Part shown: one piece after another, positions 49,712 to 60,996 of the stretch
Layout of the letters: every line of letters starts with the position of its first letter
How positions within the stretch are numbered: the first letter of the stretch is position 1
DNA from: Microthyrium microscopicum
Lineage: Eukaryota
Direction of reading: 5' to 3'
Length of the DNA stretch: 64,000 nt
Assembly: GCA_010405405.1 (NCBI GenBank)
Contig: MU004230.1
Location: 778,627-842,626 of the forward strand
Position numbers and translations under genes: made by a program
The notes under the pieces: generated by a model
The model's database searches: none
What the model was told of the DNA's origin: nothing
The model's input: only the letters and a program-made list of their open reading frames with translations

Positions 49712-52700
49712 AACTCTGCCACCGCTTCCTTCAATAGTTGTGCAACTCAATATCTTCCTGTCATTCCCTTGACCGTTGTTTGCATTATTTCTGTGCTGGC
49801 AGTAAAGAATGTAATCAGGCGAACTCATGAGGCAACATGCCCGCAGAAGAGGTCTGAACGGAGTCCCGAAGATGTTTTGAGGCTCTACCAATGGCTTACA
49901 TATAGCTGGGTTTGGCCGCTTCTGAGAATTGGGCAAACAAGACAATTGCAGAAGAGCGATCTATGGGATCTACCATATGCTATCCAGACTCGCCACTTAG
50001 CCGAGTCAATCCAAAAAATCCATAGATCAACTACATTCAGAAGAATTCTGAAAGCAAATCTCTCGGATTGTTACATTCTGCTACCGGTTTATATTGGCGC
50101 TTTGGTTTGCGGTATGTATGATCGATATATTGGCCGTGGCTACTTTCTAATGCTGATATCAGAACTTGCTCCACCTGTTCTACTTCGACAGCTTCTTATA
50201 AGCATGGAAGAGCCTGATCGTGGAAATAGCATGCCTGTTTTGTACGCTGTTCTACTCTGCGCGAGTGCATTGGTTTATGCTCAGCTCGTAGTGCTGGAAA
50301 TGTGTTTTGCATGGCGTTGTTATGAACGTGCTCATGGCCAGCTCACGATGCTGATATTTGAAAAGACATTGTCCAAGAAAATGATTATCAAGACTGAGGA
50401 ATCGAGTTCAACAAACCAGCCGTCCCAGCTCCACGGAGGTCAAATTTACAGCTTAAACGCTCACGATGAAAAGAAGCAGGCGAAGGGATCTAAAATCAAA
50501 GGCTTACTCACCAAGAAGCTGCATTTATTGAGGGAGCTTTTTTGGACCTTTAGTCAACCAAATGCACAAGCGGCTGGTTCAGCCTCTGCTGGAAAAATTC
50601 TCAATCTCCTACGGTCTGATACACCTACGGTAGCAGCATCCTTTCGCAGAGGTCGAAGCCTGGTTAGAACACCATTCAAGCCAGTCATCTTAATTTGGTT
50701 AATCTGGAAACTGCTGGGTCCCTCATGCTTCCTCGGGCTTTTCATTGTTGCTGGAGCACAAATAAGTAACATGTTCCTGGCAAAGCTGTTGATTAAATGG
50801 AAACGCAACGAGAAGAAAGCCAAAGATCTACGAATACAGATTTGCTCGCAGTACTTAGATGTGATTCAGCATCTACGTTGGTACGCCTGGCAGGACACTT
50901 GGCTTGGAAAGGTTATGAAGATTCGTCAAGATGAACTTAACGTGCGACTCGTGAGATCCTGCCTCAGCCTCGTATCATCTTTTGTTGCGATCTGTGGTGG
51001 CCAACTCTTTCCGGTTGCTGCCTTCATCTCCTACACCTATCTTTCTGGACAGAAGTTGAGCGTCAGCTTAATTTTCCCTGCTTTACAGCTTTTTGGGCTT
51101 TTGAAAAGGTCACTAGAGAGTATTCCAGCTTGGATTAACAATCTATCGAATGCCTATATTGCAGTAGAAAGAATCGAAAGCTTCATGCAAGAGCCTGATC
51201 TGGAACGATTAGCCCCAATCGAGTCCGAGGTGACCGATCCGGCAACTTTGGCACTAGAGAATTGCGACTTTGCTTGGCCAGGGCAGACCAAGCCAGTATT
51301 GAAAGGAATCAATCTGGTTATTCCTTTTGGCTTGACGATCGTGTACGGGCATATCGGGGCCGGGAAATCCGCGCTACTCAAGGCTCTGGTTGGTGAAATG
51401 GATCAACTAAGTGGTCACTTTAATTCTGCTTATCTTCATCAACCCATTGGCTTCTGCTTTCAAAGTCCTTGGCTACAGAGCATGAGTATACGCGACAATA
51501 TTCTCTTCGGGACACCACTCGATGAAGCGCGATATCAAACGGTAACAAACTCATGTGCACTATTGCCTGACTTTGAAACATTTCCAGATGGTGACTTATC
51601 GTTGATTGGAGAAAAGTAAGTTGTGATCTTCCCCAAGTGGGTCTGTAATTGACGTGAGAGCAGTGGCATTGGACTTTCTGGAGGACAACGAGCAAGAGTT
51701 TCCTTGGCAAGAGCACTGTACAGTCGCTCGAGAATACTACTCTTGGACGACCCAATTTCGGCTTTGGATTACAAGACAGCACGGAAGATAGTTGCAGTTT
51801 GCTTCTCTCCAACAAACGAACTTGCAAAAGGGCGAAAGATCGTATTGGTAACACATCGAATTGACTTAGTTGGGACTTTGGCAGAGCAATTTGTTGAAGT
51901 GAAAGACGGAGTGGTCGAGGTTCAAGGCCAAAGTCCGTTGGATTCTGACTTCGCCCTATCTAGTCAGCAATCTGGGATGAAAGATACAGAACTTCCCAAT
52001 AAGGAGACTGATCATCGGATGAAGCCTACAGAGCAAAGTTCACCAAGAAAGTTCGTTGAAGACGAGAAGAGAAAAACTGAAGGTGTCGAACCGAAGGTTT
52101 TTCTGACCTTTGTATCCGCAGGTCAATTCTGGTGGATTTTCTTGTTAGTCATGCTTGCCATATCCAGAGCTTTTGCAATCGCTGAGCAATGGACGTACAA
52201 GGCTTGGGGCGAAGCTTATGATAAGGACATCGAAATTTCGCAGATCAAAAGGAACCAAGACCATCCAGTATGGCGTCGCTTCTCACCATCGAATGCGATC
52301 GTGTCCTTCCCTTCTCCAAACGAGGATCTTCGACCTTGGATGATTCTCCTTTTGGCGATCAGCATAACCAACTGCATCGCTTTCACAGTCTACAATCTAA
52401 GCCAATTTATCGCCATTTACGCGACTACCAAATTCTACTTTGCAAAGGCTTTGAAGCGTATCACCAATGCCACATTCAGGTTTTACGATACCACTCCATC
52501 CGGCAGATTGCTAAACAGGATAACATCTGATGTTGATGTACTTGATACCGCTCTCAATCACCTAGGTAGTACATTCTACTCCATTGGAATATTCGCTACC
52601 TCGACCGCAGTCATTGCGTCAATCTCTCCCCTCTCTTTCATATCTGCTTTCGCACTAATGGCTCTTTACTTCTTCATATTCCAGCTGTATCTTCCTGCAA

Positions 52701-53879
52701 CTCGAGATCTCTGTCGTCTTGAAGCCGCTTCCCTGAGCCCATTCTACACAATATTCGGCGAACTATTGCAAAATCAAGGCGCTGGTTTGACAACTGTACG
52801 TGCTCTAAATGGCAGGGAAATGTTATATAATCGAATTATCTCCATTGTGGACACATATCGGACCTACGTTCACTTTGACCACGCCCTTCAGCTCTGGCTC
52901 ATGTTGAGATACGACTGTATCTCCGCTATAACAGCATTTCTCCTCACTATTCTTGCGTTAACGACGAATCTTTCGTCAGGAATGACGGCATTCCTTCTCC
53001 TCAACTCCAATTTATTCGTCACCGCAACTCGTTCTCTTTGTACAAGCATGTCGCGTTTGCAGAAAGAGCTTGTGTCGGTCGAAAGGATTGCCGAACTGCT
53101 TGAAACTGAGCAAGAACCCAAGGGAAGTATGAAACCGCCAGCTTCATGGCCGAAATTTGGAAGTGAAATCAGATTGGACAAGGTCACGATTAAATATGCA
53201 GAGGACCTTGAACCAGTTTTGCACAATATTTCTCTGCGGATCCCGGCTGGATGGTATGTCTCGACCAACATACATATTGAAACAGTTTGGAACTAATGTC
53301 TCGGCTAGCATAACGGCCATCATTGGTCGAACAGGAAGCGGGAAATCTACCCTCGCCACGGCTTTGCTCAATATCGTGAAGCCTGAAACAGGTGGTGTGA
53401 TTACAATCGACAATGTTTCTTTAGACGATATTGATGTTACAACCCTTCGACAGAGAGTAACTTATATCCCCCAGGACCCAGTACTTTTTGCTGGAACAAT
53501 AAGGGGAAACCTTGACCCAATCAATGCTTATTCGGATGTCGAGTGCGAAGCCGTATTGGCACGCGTTGTTGCGTGTATTGGTCATTCCATAAACTGGACG
53601 ATAGATTCGACAGTGGAATCTAGGGGCCATAACTTTTCTCAAGGTCAGAGACAGGCCATCAGGATAGCTCGTGCGATCCTTAGGCGGAGTGCGGTTGTGA
53701 TTATGGACGAAGCCATGTCAAGTATCGACGAAGAGACGGCCTCGAAGCTACAGCAGGTAATCAGGGAGCAACTCAGTGGAGCTACGATCGTTATGATAGC
53801 CCATAGAATGAATGCTGAAGGGACATCAGGAGCAGATCATCAGATTTTGCTTGAAGGCGGTAGAGTCATTAACAGTTGA
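49712..53879 (+). CDS. ABCC/MRP-type ABC transporter (true start upstream, unresolved)
   Basis: Lasso-like SPED..WLTYSWVWPLL..DLWDLP. NBD1: GHIGAGKS, LSGGQRARV, ILLLDDP. NBD2: GRTGSGKS, FSQGQRQ, VIMDEA, AHR. Introns ~50112-50162, ~51616-51663, ~53254-53308. Confidence 0.9.
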
Positions 53880-54139
53880 GTACAAAATCATCTTCAAGTG
53901 CTTAAGCCGGATCTCTCTATATCAGACTTGTTGTGATCGTAGAGAAAGCAGAAATGAAATTCAAGAGCAGTTTTTCAGGACAAACTCTGAGAACTATGGC
54001 ACTGAGAGATGGCTCATGATGAAGTTCAATGCGAGTACTGATGTCTCTATGTTGTGGGAAACTTTGTGGTGGAAACCACTGGAGCGTTGTAAGGATATTC
54101 TGCAAGGTATTTAGTCATACATAAAATGTCATTATTCGA

Positions 54140-55207
54140 TCATTGCTGCCCATCATCATTATCGTTATTATCGTCATCGTCGTCCTGGTCACCATCATCT
54201 TCATCCTTCAAATATCTCTTAACATCTTTCAGATCATGATGTCCACGATATTGGCCCATTTTCTGCGCCTTGGCCCTCTCAATTCTCTTCTTATGTCGCT
54301 CTTCAGACCTCTCACAGACTTCAGCGTGCTCATGCTTCGCCTCCCTATACTCTTTGATTTCATCGTACGCACTCTTGATCCAGATTGCTGCAATGCCTAC
54401 ATCCGCTGCAGTTCTCCACGTGGCGTTTTTCTTCTTCTTGTCCGCCTGACCTTCCGTGATCTCGCCTTCTGCTTCCTCCTTATGCCGTAGTTTCGTCTTC
54501 TCCATTGTTTCATGAGCTCCGTGGACAGCGTGGATGGTTGCGACGCCGGCGAGACCGATGGCGCCCCATTTCTTCCATTTGGCTTTCTTTTTAATCTTTT
54601 CGTCATCGTCAGTACAGCCAAGATCTGACGAAGAATCCGAGGAGGATGAATTGTTGCCGTTTTGTTGGCCACTTCGTTGGCCATTCTGTTTCGACTGTTG
54701 GCGCCGCTGGCCTTGATCTTGGTTGCCTTGCGCTTGTCTTCGAGAACGAGGAGGAACGGAGCCTTCGCTGTCATAATCATCTTCGCGATTTCTAGGGACA
54801 CGCCTTCTTATTATTCGTCTTGGAGGCAATGGCTCGTCGTTGTATTGACCTTGGAGGTATGGCTGTTCTCTCCTTTGTGCGCGCCTGATCGGCGCTGGCC
54901 CTTCGCTATCGTAGTCATCTTGTTGAAATCGATCACCTCTTCGGACTCGTCTTCTGGTTGGCGGCGCTCTGCTGCGATAAGGTATCGGAAAGGAGTCTTG
55001 GTCTAATGAGCTTGTTCGGCGAATATATCCTGGTCGTGATAATGGTATCAGGGGAAGATCAGGGTCTTTAGGCTTCTCTAAAAATTCGAGAGGTAAATCT
55101 GTCGGTAGATCACTGGGCGCCGGTCCTAGAATTCGGTCACCAGGCTGAATATCGGACACTTTGACCTTAAGAAGTGTCGTAGTAGTGGGTCTCGAACTTC
55201 GCGACAT
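54140..55207 (-). CDS. DUF3824-family-like hypothetical protein
   Basis: Single ORF. Disordered Arg-rich N-terminus; C-terminal SSSDLGC..GLAGVATIHAVHG...EGEI...VGIAAIWIKSAYDE typical of this fungal family (from memory, not a search). Confidence 0.65.
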   Translation of the reverse strand: MSRSSRPTTTTLLKVKVSDIQPGDRILGPAPSDLPTDLPLEFLEKPKDPDLPLIPLSRPGYIRRTSSLDQDSFPIPYRSRAPPTRRRVRRGDRFQQDDYDSEGPAPIRRAQRREQPYLQGQYNDEPLPPRRIIRRRVPRNREDDYDSEGSVPPRSRRQAQGNQDQGQRRQQSKQNGQRSGQQNGNNSSSSDSSSDLGCTDDDEKIKKKAKWKKWGAIGLAGVATIHAVHGAHETMEKTKLRHKEEAEGEITEGQADKKKKNATWRTAADVGIAAIWIKSAYDEIKEYREAKHEHAEVCERSEERHKKRIERAKAQKMGQYRGHHDLKDVKRYLKDEDDGDQDDDDDNNDNDDGQQ

Positions 55208-55693
55208 TGGATTGGATCTTCAAAAGTAGTCTACAAAGGTACCAGTGAGGTTTTAATTGCTTGGCTGTCTTGGCTTTTCAAGAACAGCATTGAGCGTTGA
55301 GCAGATCGTTTGCTAAAGGGATGAAAGTGGGTCGATCGACATATGACGTCGGATACCCTAGTTTATCAGGCTGAGATAACAAAGTTGGAAGTGGATGTTT
55401 CACCGCCGGTTATGGCACTAAACCTGCAGGAGATTAAGCACAAAACATAAACCTCGTATAGAAAATAGGCTAGTTTATAGTACAATTTAACGTTATGTTT
55501 TGAAACAACTTCATTATACTCCTCATAGGAACACTATTTGTGCGAACTCTCCTCCGCCTCGCTGCGGTAGTTCGTACATGTAGTATTCATTCCTCACCAC
55601 TATATTGGTGTTGCTCGTATTTTGCTTTAGTATAACAATTACTGGAGCTACTTGGGCAGTCTTTATGGCGACAGACGTAATAGGTTAGTAGCC

Positions 55694-57547
55694 TCATGCC
55701 GATGAGAGAACCTCGTCGTCACCAACACATTTGGTATCACAGTTACTAGCAAGAGCGTCACATCCAGGAAGTACGGGCAACTGCTCTTGGTCATCGAAAT
55801 CATCTCCTGAACGAGAATGCTCCCAAAGGGCGATGAAGCCAGTGCCAGTCATTGCCAAAGTGCCATGTGACGTATCCAGACCAAGATGAGCTTCATATCT
55901 GAGATGCTCTGTTTTAGCATTGACAAGTCGATCGGCCCAAGGCGATGGCTGTATGTTAGAAAGTGCAGCTCTCAGCATCGCATCTGCTTTTTCCGCCTCT
56001 GTAGAGGACGAATCTTGCAACTTCCAAGCCAAGGTGATATTGTCAAGAGGAAAGCCGGTATACAGTCCTTCTAGTTCCCCAGAATTTTCGTGGAAGAGGA
56101 GAGCAATATCGGGCCTCATGCACAACAGGCGGAAAACGGGATGTTTAGGCGTCGTTGAGCCTCCAGAGATCGGTCCTTCATGGCGTGTTCTGAGTTTGTA
56201 ACCTGTCGGCAGGTAACGGCGCAACGAATAGCTAATCAAAGGGCCGTAACGAATGTCGTGATACCAGTTCACTTCATTGTATAATAGGCTGATCTGATTT
56301 CTTTCATCTGGGTTGCAAGACAAATGATGTAGATCGGAACTGCTGAGTCTGAGGACCTTGGTCAATACAGAGGCCGCGCTGAATATTGACTGTTCATAAA
56401 TGTCACTGAAATATTGCAATGCAGTCTCGAAAAGCCATTTTTTGTCCTTTTGATAGTCGATAGGAAAAGATAATCCATTGCGCACCAATCCCAGCAGGCC
56501 GTAAAGCCTGTCACGGTCATCTGCACATTTGGCCGATTGGAACTTGATACTGAGCTCCCAGAGAAATCGTTTGTCATTCAACGTTGTGTTGTCAAAATCT
56601 GTGAGCTTCATGGCGTGATGTGTCTTGAGAGTTGTATGCGCTTGAGCCAGCCTCAGTGCAGGACTTGCCGCAAGGGCCTCAATTGTCTTCTTCAGCTGCT
56701 GAATGCTGTCTTCACGATCGTGGTAGGCAATCTGTTCCAACTCGCAATATGCAAAGCAATACAAAATGTCGAAATTCAGCTCAACGTCTCTCAACCAGAT
56801 CAGGGTGCGCTTGGCTAAAAGCACTTCTTGAACGATCCAAAGCCGCTCAAAGTATGGAGCTTGACATAAAAACAGCAGTTGCTTCCAAAAAAGAACATAT
56901 TCCTTATCACCAATGGGCTGATCTAACCACGGCCATCCTCGCTTTTTGTGGTGCCAGTTTCTTGGATCTCTCAAAATCCTCTTATGCGGAAAATTCTGCA
57001 GCTGCTGGTAGGCGTAGGTCTCACGAGACCAGCGATCATCGAGCCATATGATGACTTGCTGCGCATGTAGATAAATTTGATCCATCATGCGCACTTGGCT
57101 GCTTTTCTCACTATCGTCTGACTGATTGATCGAAATGGCATCTATCCAGTAAGATTGAGAAACATCCTTTTTTCGAGCTGTGTCTAGGAATCTCCAGAGA
57201 TTCTTTCGGACCAAGAACTGCTCACCATTGATCTCAATAGGATGATCCGCATTGGCAGTCCCCCAGGTGTATGACAGGGCATTGTATTCGGCATTGGTAT
57301 TGCAATGACTGAGAGTGCATCTGATGCCGTCGTTATCTGCGCCCGGCAGGATTTTCAAAAGCCGGATGGGGTTACTCTCATCTTTGTTGATTGGAGTATA
57401 TGTAAAGGTATCCTGTTGGCAGGGAGCTGCATTGGACGTCTCCTTCCTTCCAGATCGCGGTGCTCTTTTTGAAAGTTTGCTTTGGGGGACCTGAAATGGG
57501 CTGGAAGGTTCGTTCAAACTTCCACGAGCTGTATTATGACTCTCCAT
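55694..57547 (-). CDS. HET-domain protein (HET-6-like)
   Basis: Intronless 617 aa. IRLLKILPG, YNALSYTWG, YWIDAISINQSDDSEKSSQVRMMDQIY, YFERLWIVQEV and CADDRDRLYGLLGL. Confidence 0.92.
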   Translation of the reverse strand: MESHNTARGSLNEPSSPFQVPQSKLSKRAPRSGRKETSNAAPCQQDTFTYTPINKDESNPIRLLKILPGADNDGIRCTLSHCNTNAEYNALSYTWGTANADHPIEINGEQFLVRKNLWRFLDTARKKDVSQSYWIDAISINQSDDSEKSSQVRMMDQIYLHAQQVIIWLDDRWSRETYAYQQLQNFPHKRILRDPRNWHHKKRGWPWLDQPIGDKEYVLFWKQLLFLCQAPYFERLWIVQEVLLAKRTLIWLRDVELNFDILYCFAYCELEQIAYHDREDSIQQLKKTIEALAASPALRLAQAHTTLKTHHAMKLTDFDNTTLNDKRFLWELSIKFQSAKCADDRDRLYGLLGLVRNGLSFPIDYQKDKKWLFETALQYFSDIYEQSIFSAASVLTKVLRLSSSDLHHLSCNPDERNQISLLYNEVNWYHDIRYGPLISYSLRRYLPTGYKLRTRHEGPISGGSTTPKHPVFRLLCMRPDIALLFHENSGELEGLYTGFPLDNITLAWKLQDSSSTEAEKADAMLRAALSNIQPSPWADRLVNAKTEHLRYEAHLGLDTSHGTLAMTGTGFIALWEHSRSGDDFDDQEQLPVLPGCDALASNCDTKCVGDDEVLSSA

Positions 57548-59375
57548 GTCGACCGAGTGCGTTCACTGGTCCGAGGATGGTATTCTAAAATGCAATGAGA
57601 GAGAGATACTGTACATAGCACATCGACAGTGAAGAGGTTAATGTCTCCAACGTTCGAGCTAGAATTATCTAGGAAGCATTACTCGCTTTCAGCCTGCTGC
57701 AAATCCGCCACTTAGAGGCAGACTAGAGATGTGGCGGTCACCCGAAAGAAAGTTCTGAATAGGTCCAGAGGCCAAGTTTTGGTGTTCTGCAAGAACTCAC
57801 CATGGAAAGGTGCGCATTTGCTGGTTCACGCAGGTAGACGTTTGCAATCAGTCAAACCGTGAAAGGTGAAGTCCACCAGACTCGAGATGCGCTTTACCAC
57901 ATCCGGATACGGCATCGGAAATCCACAATCCGCGGCTCTGCGTCAAACGCCACAAAACTGGTCCCGATATCCCCGGGCGGATGGGGTCTGACCTAAACGC
58001 CATTTTGATGTTCACGTGCCGACGAATGTGGAAATACCGCAGATGAAAGCCAACGAATGAGCGAAACGAGATTCGAATGCGCCAACCTGAGAGGACAGAT
58101 TTGAAGAGATCCAAGGCGAGAGGTTGGCGTGGGGTAGCAGATTTTACGATTAGATCAGAGAAAAATACCATTTTCTGAAGATGACAGATGTATATTCGAG
58201 GAATTGGTCCCGAAAGAAAACAATTCGGGTTGTCTGAAGTCGCGTAGACAAGGCTGAGAAAAAGCCACGGAGAAGCTAGAATTTCGCAAGTGGATAGAGT
58301 TCGATGGTTTTGGTAACCAATGAAACTGCCAAAACAGACACGATGGTTTCTCAAAAAATCGAGATTATATGCCATCGATTTTGAATTTTGTACTTTGCTG
58401 CAGTGGGCCATGTCGTGCCATCAGGGTTGAACGGCATGATTGTTCCTTGCTTCAACGTAGTGGCCTCGGTGAGCTCCCTGTGAATGCATAGGGCGGTGAA
58501 CAGGTCGCGCAAAATGTAGTAGCACGATGAGGGGTTCTGATATCTAGAGCTTCCGGGCGATGGCAGGCGATGGCAAGCGATGGCAGTTGAGATGTATGTG
58601 TCCGTCCAGTGGACTGTTGTGGCCTGCAAGCGTGGGCACCAGTCTGGTAGCAGCATAAAGGTCACATTGCCAGGACGAGCCACTGATCAAGGGGAATCCA
58701 AGGTTCAATGCGCCCGGGACGAGAGCCGCGGTATGGAATTGGATACTGGGAGAAGTGTTATTAGTCACTGGGCGTCGTCAATGGATGTGCAATAAGGCGG
58801 TCAGATATTGCGTATCAGAATTGGCCTGGTGGTCGACAAATTTAGTTGTGGCTGTGGTTGTCTTGTGCCGTGCAAGAAGCTAGATACCGGAGTACCTACG
58901 ACAGAGTGAAGTACATAGGGAGTAAGTAAGAACAGAGGGCACACCTTAATGATTGCAATGCTAGGCAGATCATTCTATGTGGACGGAGATGACCATGGTG
59001 GCATTGTGTTTAGCAGAAGGCGAATTGGCAATAACTGTCGCGAGAGTGGTAGTAACTTGATCTCGATAACTGTCAGCCGCGCCTAGTACTCAGTTTCAGT
59101 GCCTGACAGGGTCGCATTGAAATTTGGCAGTACCGAGTAGTACGAAGTAGTATCGTTGTATCAGCAGGCGCAAGCTATGGATCTTCGAAAATGTTATTAC
59201 AGCGACGTTACAATCTGCGATCTGGAAATTAACTACTTGTGCATACTTTGGGTCTATTATTATACTGGCGCGCCTTCTAATAACCGGTTCGTTGTAACTA
59301 TTTTGTAGTATTATATTTGCAGGACTAAAGAAACCATGTGCAGTGCTCTCACTGCTCTGGGAACAAGCTTGAGTG

Positions 59376-59399
59376 GGAAGGAAGGAAGGAAGGAAGGAA
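59376..59399. repeat. (GGAA)6 microsatellite upstream of MPG1
   Basis: Six perfect GGAA copies ~290 nt upstream of the ATG. Confidence 0.9.
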
Positions 59400-59687
59400 C
59401 CACCACATGAGGCGCCTTCCGCATTTTAGCACAAGTAGCTTCCTTTTGTGACCCACGAATTACTGGCCAGACCCTGAACTGTGAACAACCCTTTCCAGTT
59501 TTCAACACGACTTAAAAGCCAACTGCCACGCGGCTACATTTCTCCTTCTTTTCTCTCTGAATCCTCTCACCAACTTCAATTCTCCCAATTGCTTCAATTG
59601 CTCCATCTATTCATCCACACACTTGCTCTTCATATCCCAAATACTCCAACCCCTATCTCGACATCACACTCTACACACACCAACATC

Positions 59688-60996
59688 ATGAAGGGTACCT
59701 GCAGCTTATCCACCCAAAAGGACACCACGATGTTAACCGTTTCATAGCTCTTATTCTCGTCGGCGGCTTTGGCACGCGCCTGCGGCCTTTGGTACCAATG
59801 CCTTGCTCCAGTCTTGCGATTCCTTGTCTGACAGCATATAGACCCTCACCCTCCCAAAACCCCTAGTCGAGTTTGGAAACAAGCCCATGATAGAACACCA
59901 AATTGCTGCTCTCGCAGAAGCTGGTGTCACCGATATTGTTCTCGCCGTCAACTATCGCCCAGAGATTATGACAAAAGAACTGGAGAAGGTAAAGAATCTA
60001 GGCCCCCTTGAGCCCCTCCAAGGTCTGATTAAATTCGCAGTTTGAGGAACAATTCGGCGTAAACATTGAATTTTCCTTAGAGCCAGAACCACTTGGCACT
60101 GCCGGTCCTCTCAAACTCGCCGAGAAAACTCTGCGCAAAGACAATTCTCCCATCCTAGTCCTCAACAGCGACGTTATCTGCGATTATCCCTTCAAGAAGT
60201 TGATTGAGTTCCATAAATCACATGGCGGCGAGGGTACAATTATAGTTACAAAGGTCGAGGAACCCTCAAAATACGGTGTCGTGGTTCACAAAGCTGGCCA
60301 CTCATCATGCATCGACCGATTCGTTGAGAAACCTGTTGAGTTCGTCGGCAACCGTATCAATGCCGGCATTTACATCCTCAATCCAAGCGTGATTGATCGC
60401 ATTGAGCTGCGACCAACCAGCATTGAGACCGAGGTCTTCCCAGCCATGTGCAATGATGAGCAATTACACTCTTTCGATTTGGAAGGATACTGGATGGATG
60501 TCGGTCAACCCAAGGATTTCCTTTCAGGCACTTGTCTCTACCTGCAAAGCCTGAACAAGAAAAATCCCAAACTTCTCGTCCCATCAACAGAGCCATTTGT
60601 GTATGGAGGCAATGTCATGGTGCACCCAACCGCTAAGATTGGCAACAACTGCCGGATCGGCCCAAATGTTACTATCGGTCCCAATGTGGTGGTTGGTGAT
60701 GGTGTGCGCATACAGCGCAGTGTCGTTCTCAAGGGTAGCAAGATCAAGGATCATGCTTGGGTGAAAAGCACCATTGTTGGCTGGAATAGCACCATCGGCC
60801 GCTGGGCTCGCCTAGAAAATGTCACAGTGCTTGGTGACGATGTTACCATTCGCGACGAAATCTACGTCAATGGCGGTTCCATTCTGCCACACAAGGAGAT
60901 CAAGGCTAACATTGACTGTAAGTTCAAATTATCTAGAACAAGCCCCCAAAGAAAATCCCGTGCTAATGTACAATAGCTCCTTCCATCATCATGTAA
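59688..60996 (+). CDS. MPG1: Mannose-1-phosphate guanylyltransferase (GDP-mannose pyrophosphorylase)
   Basis: [55 protein letters not shown] and hexapeptide repeats; four introns. Confidence 0.97.

Noticed and set aside
57848..58795. ORFs of 110-187 aa and a 3x10-bp GGCGATGGCA-type repeat near 58556-58585
   Set aside because: No homology cues, conflicting frames, and the repeat is too small to interpret.
46400..59600. Transposon or Starship-type element carrying the HET/ABC block
   Set aside because: No transposase, reverse transcriptase, tyrosine recombinase, terminal repeats or AT-rich RIP tract visible.
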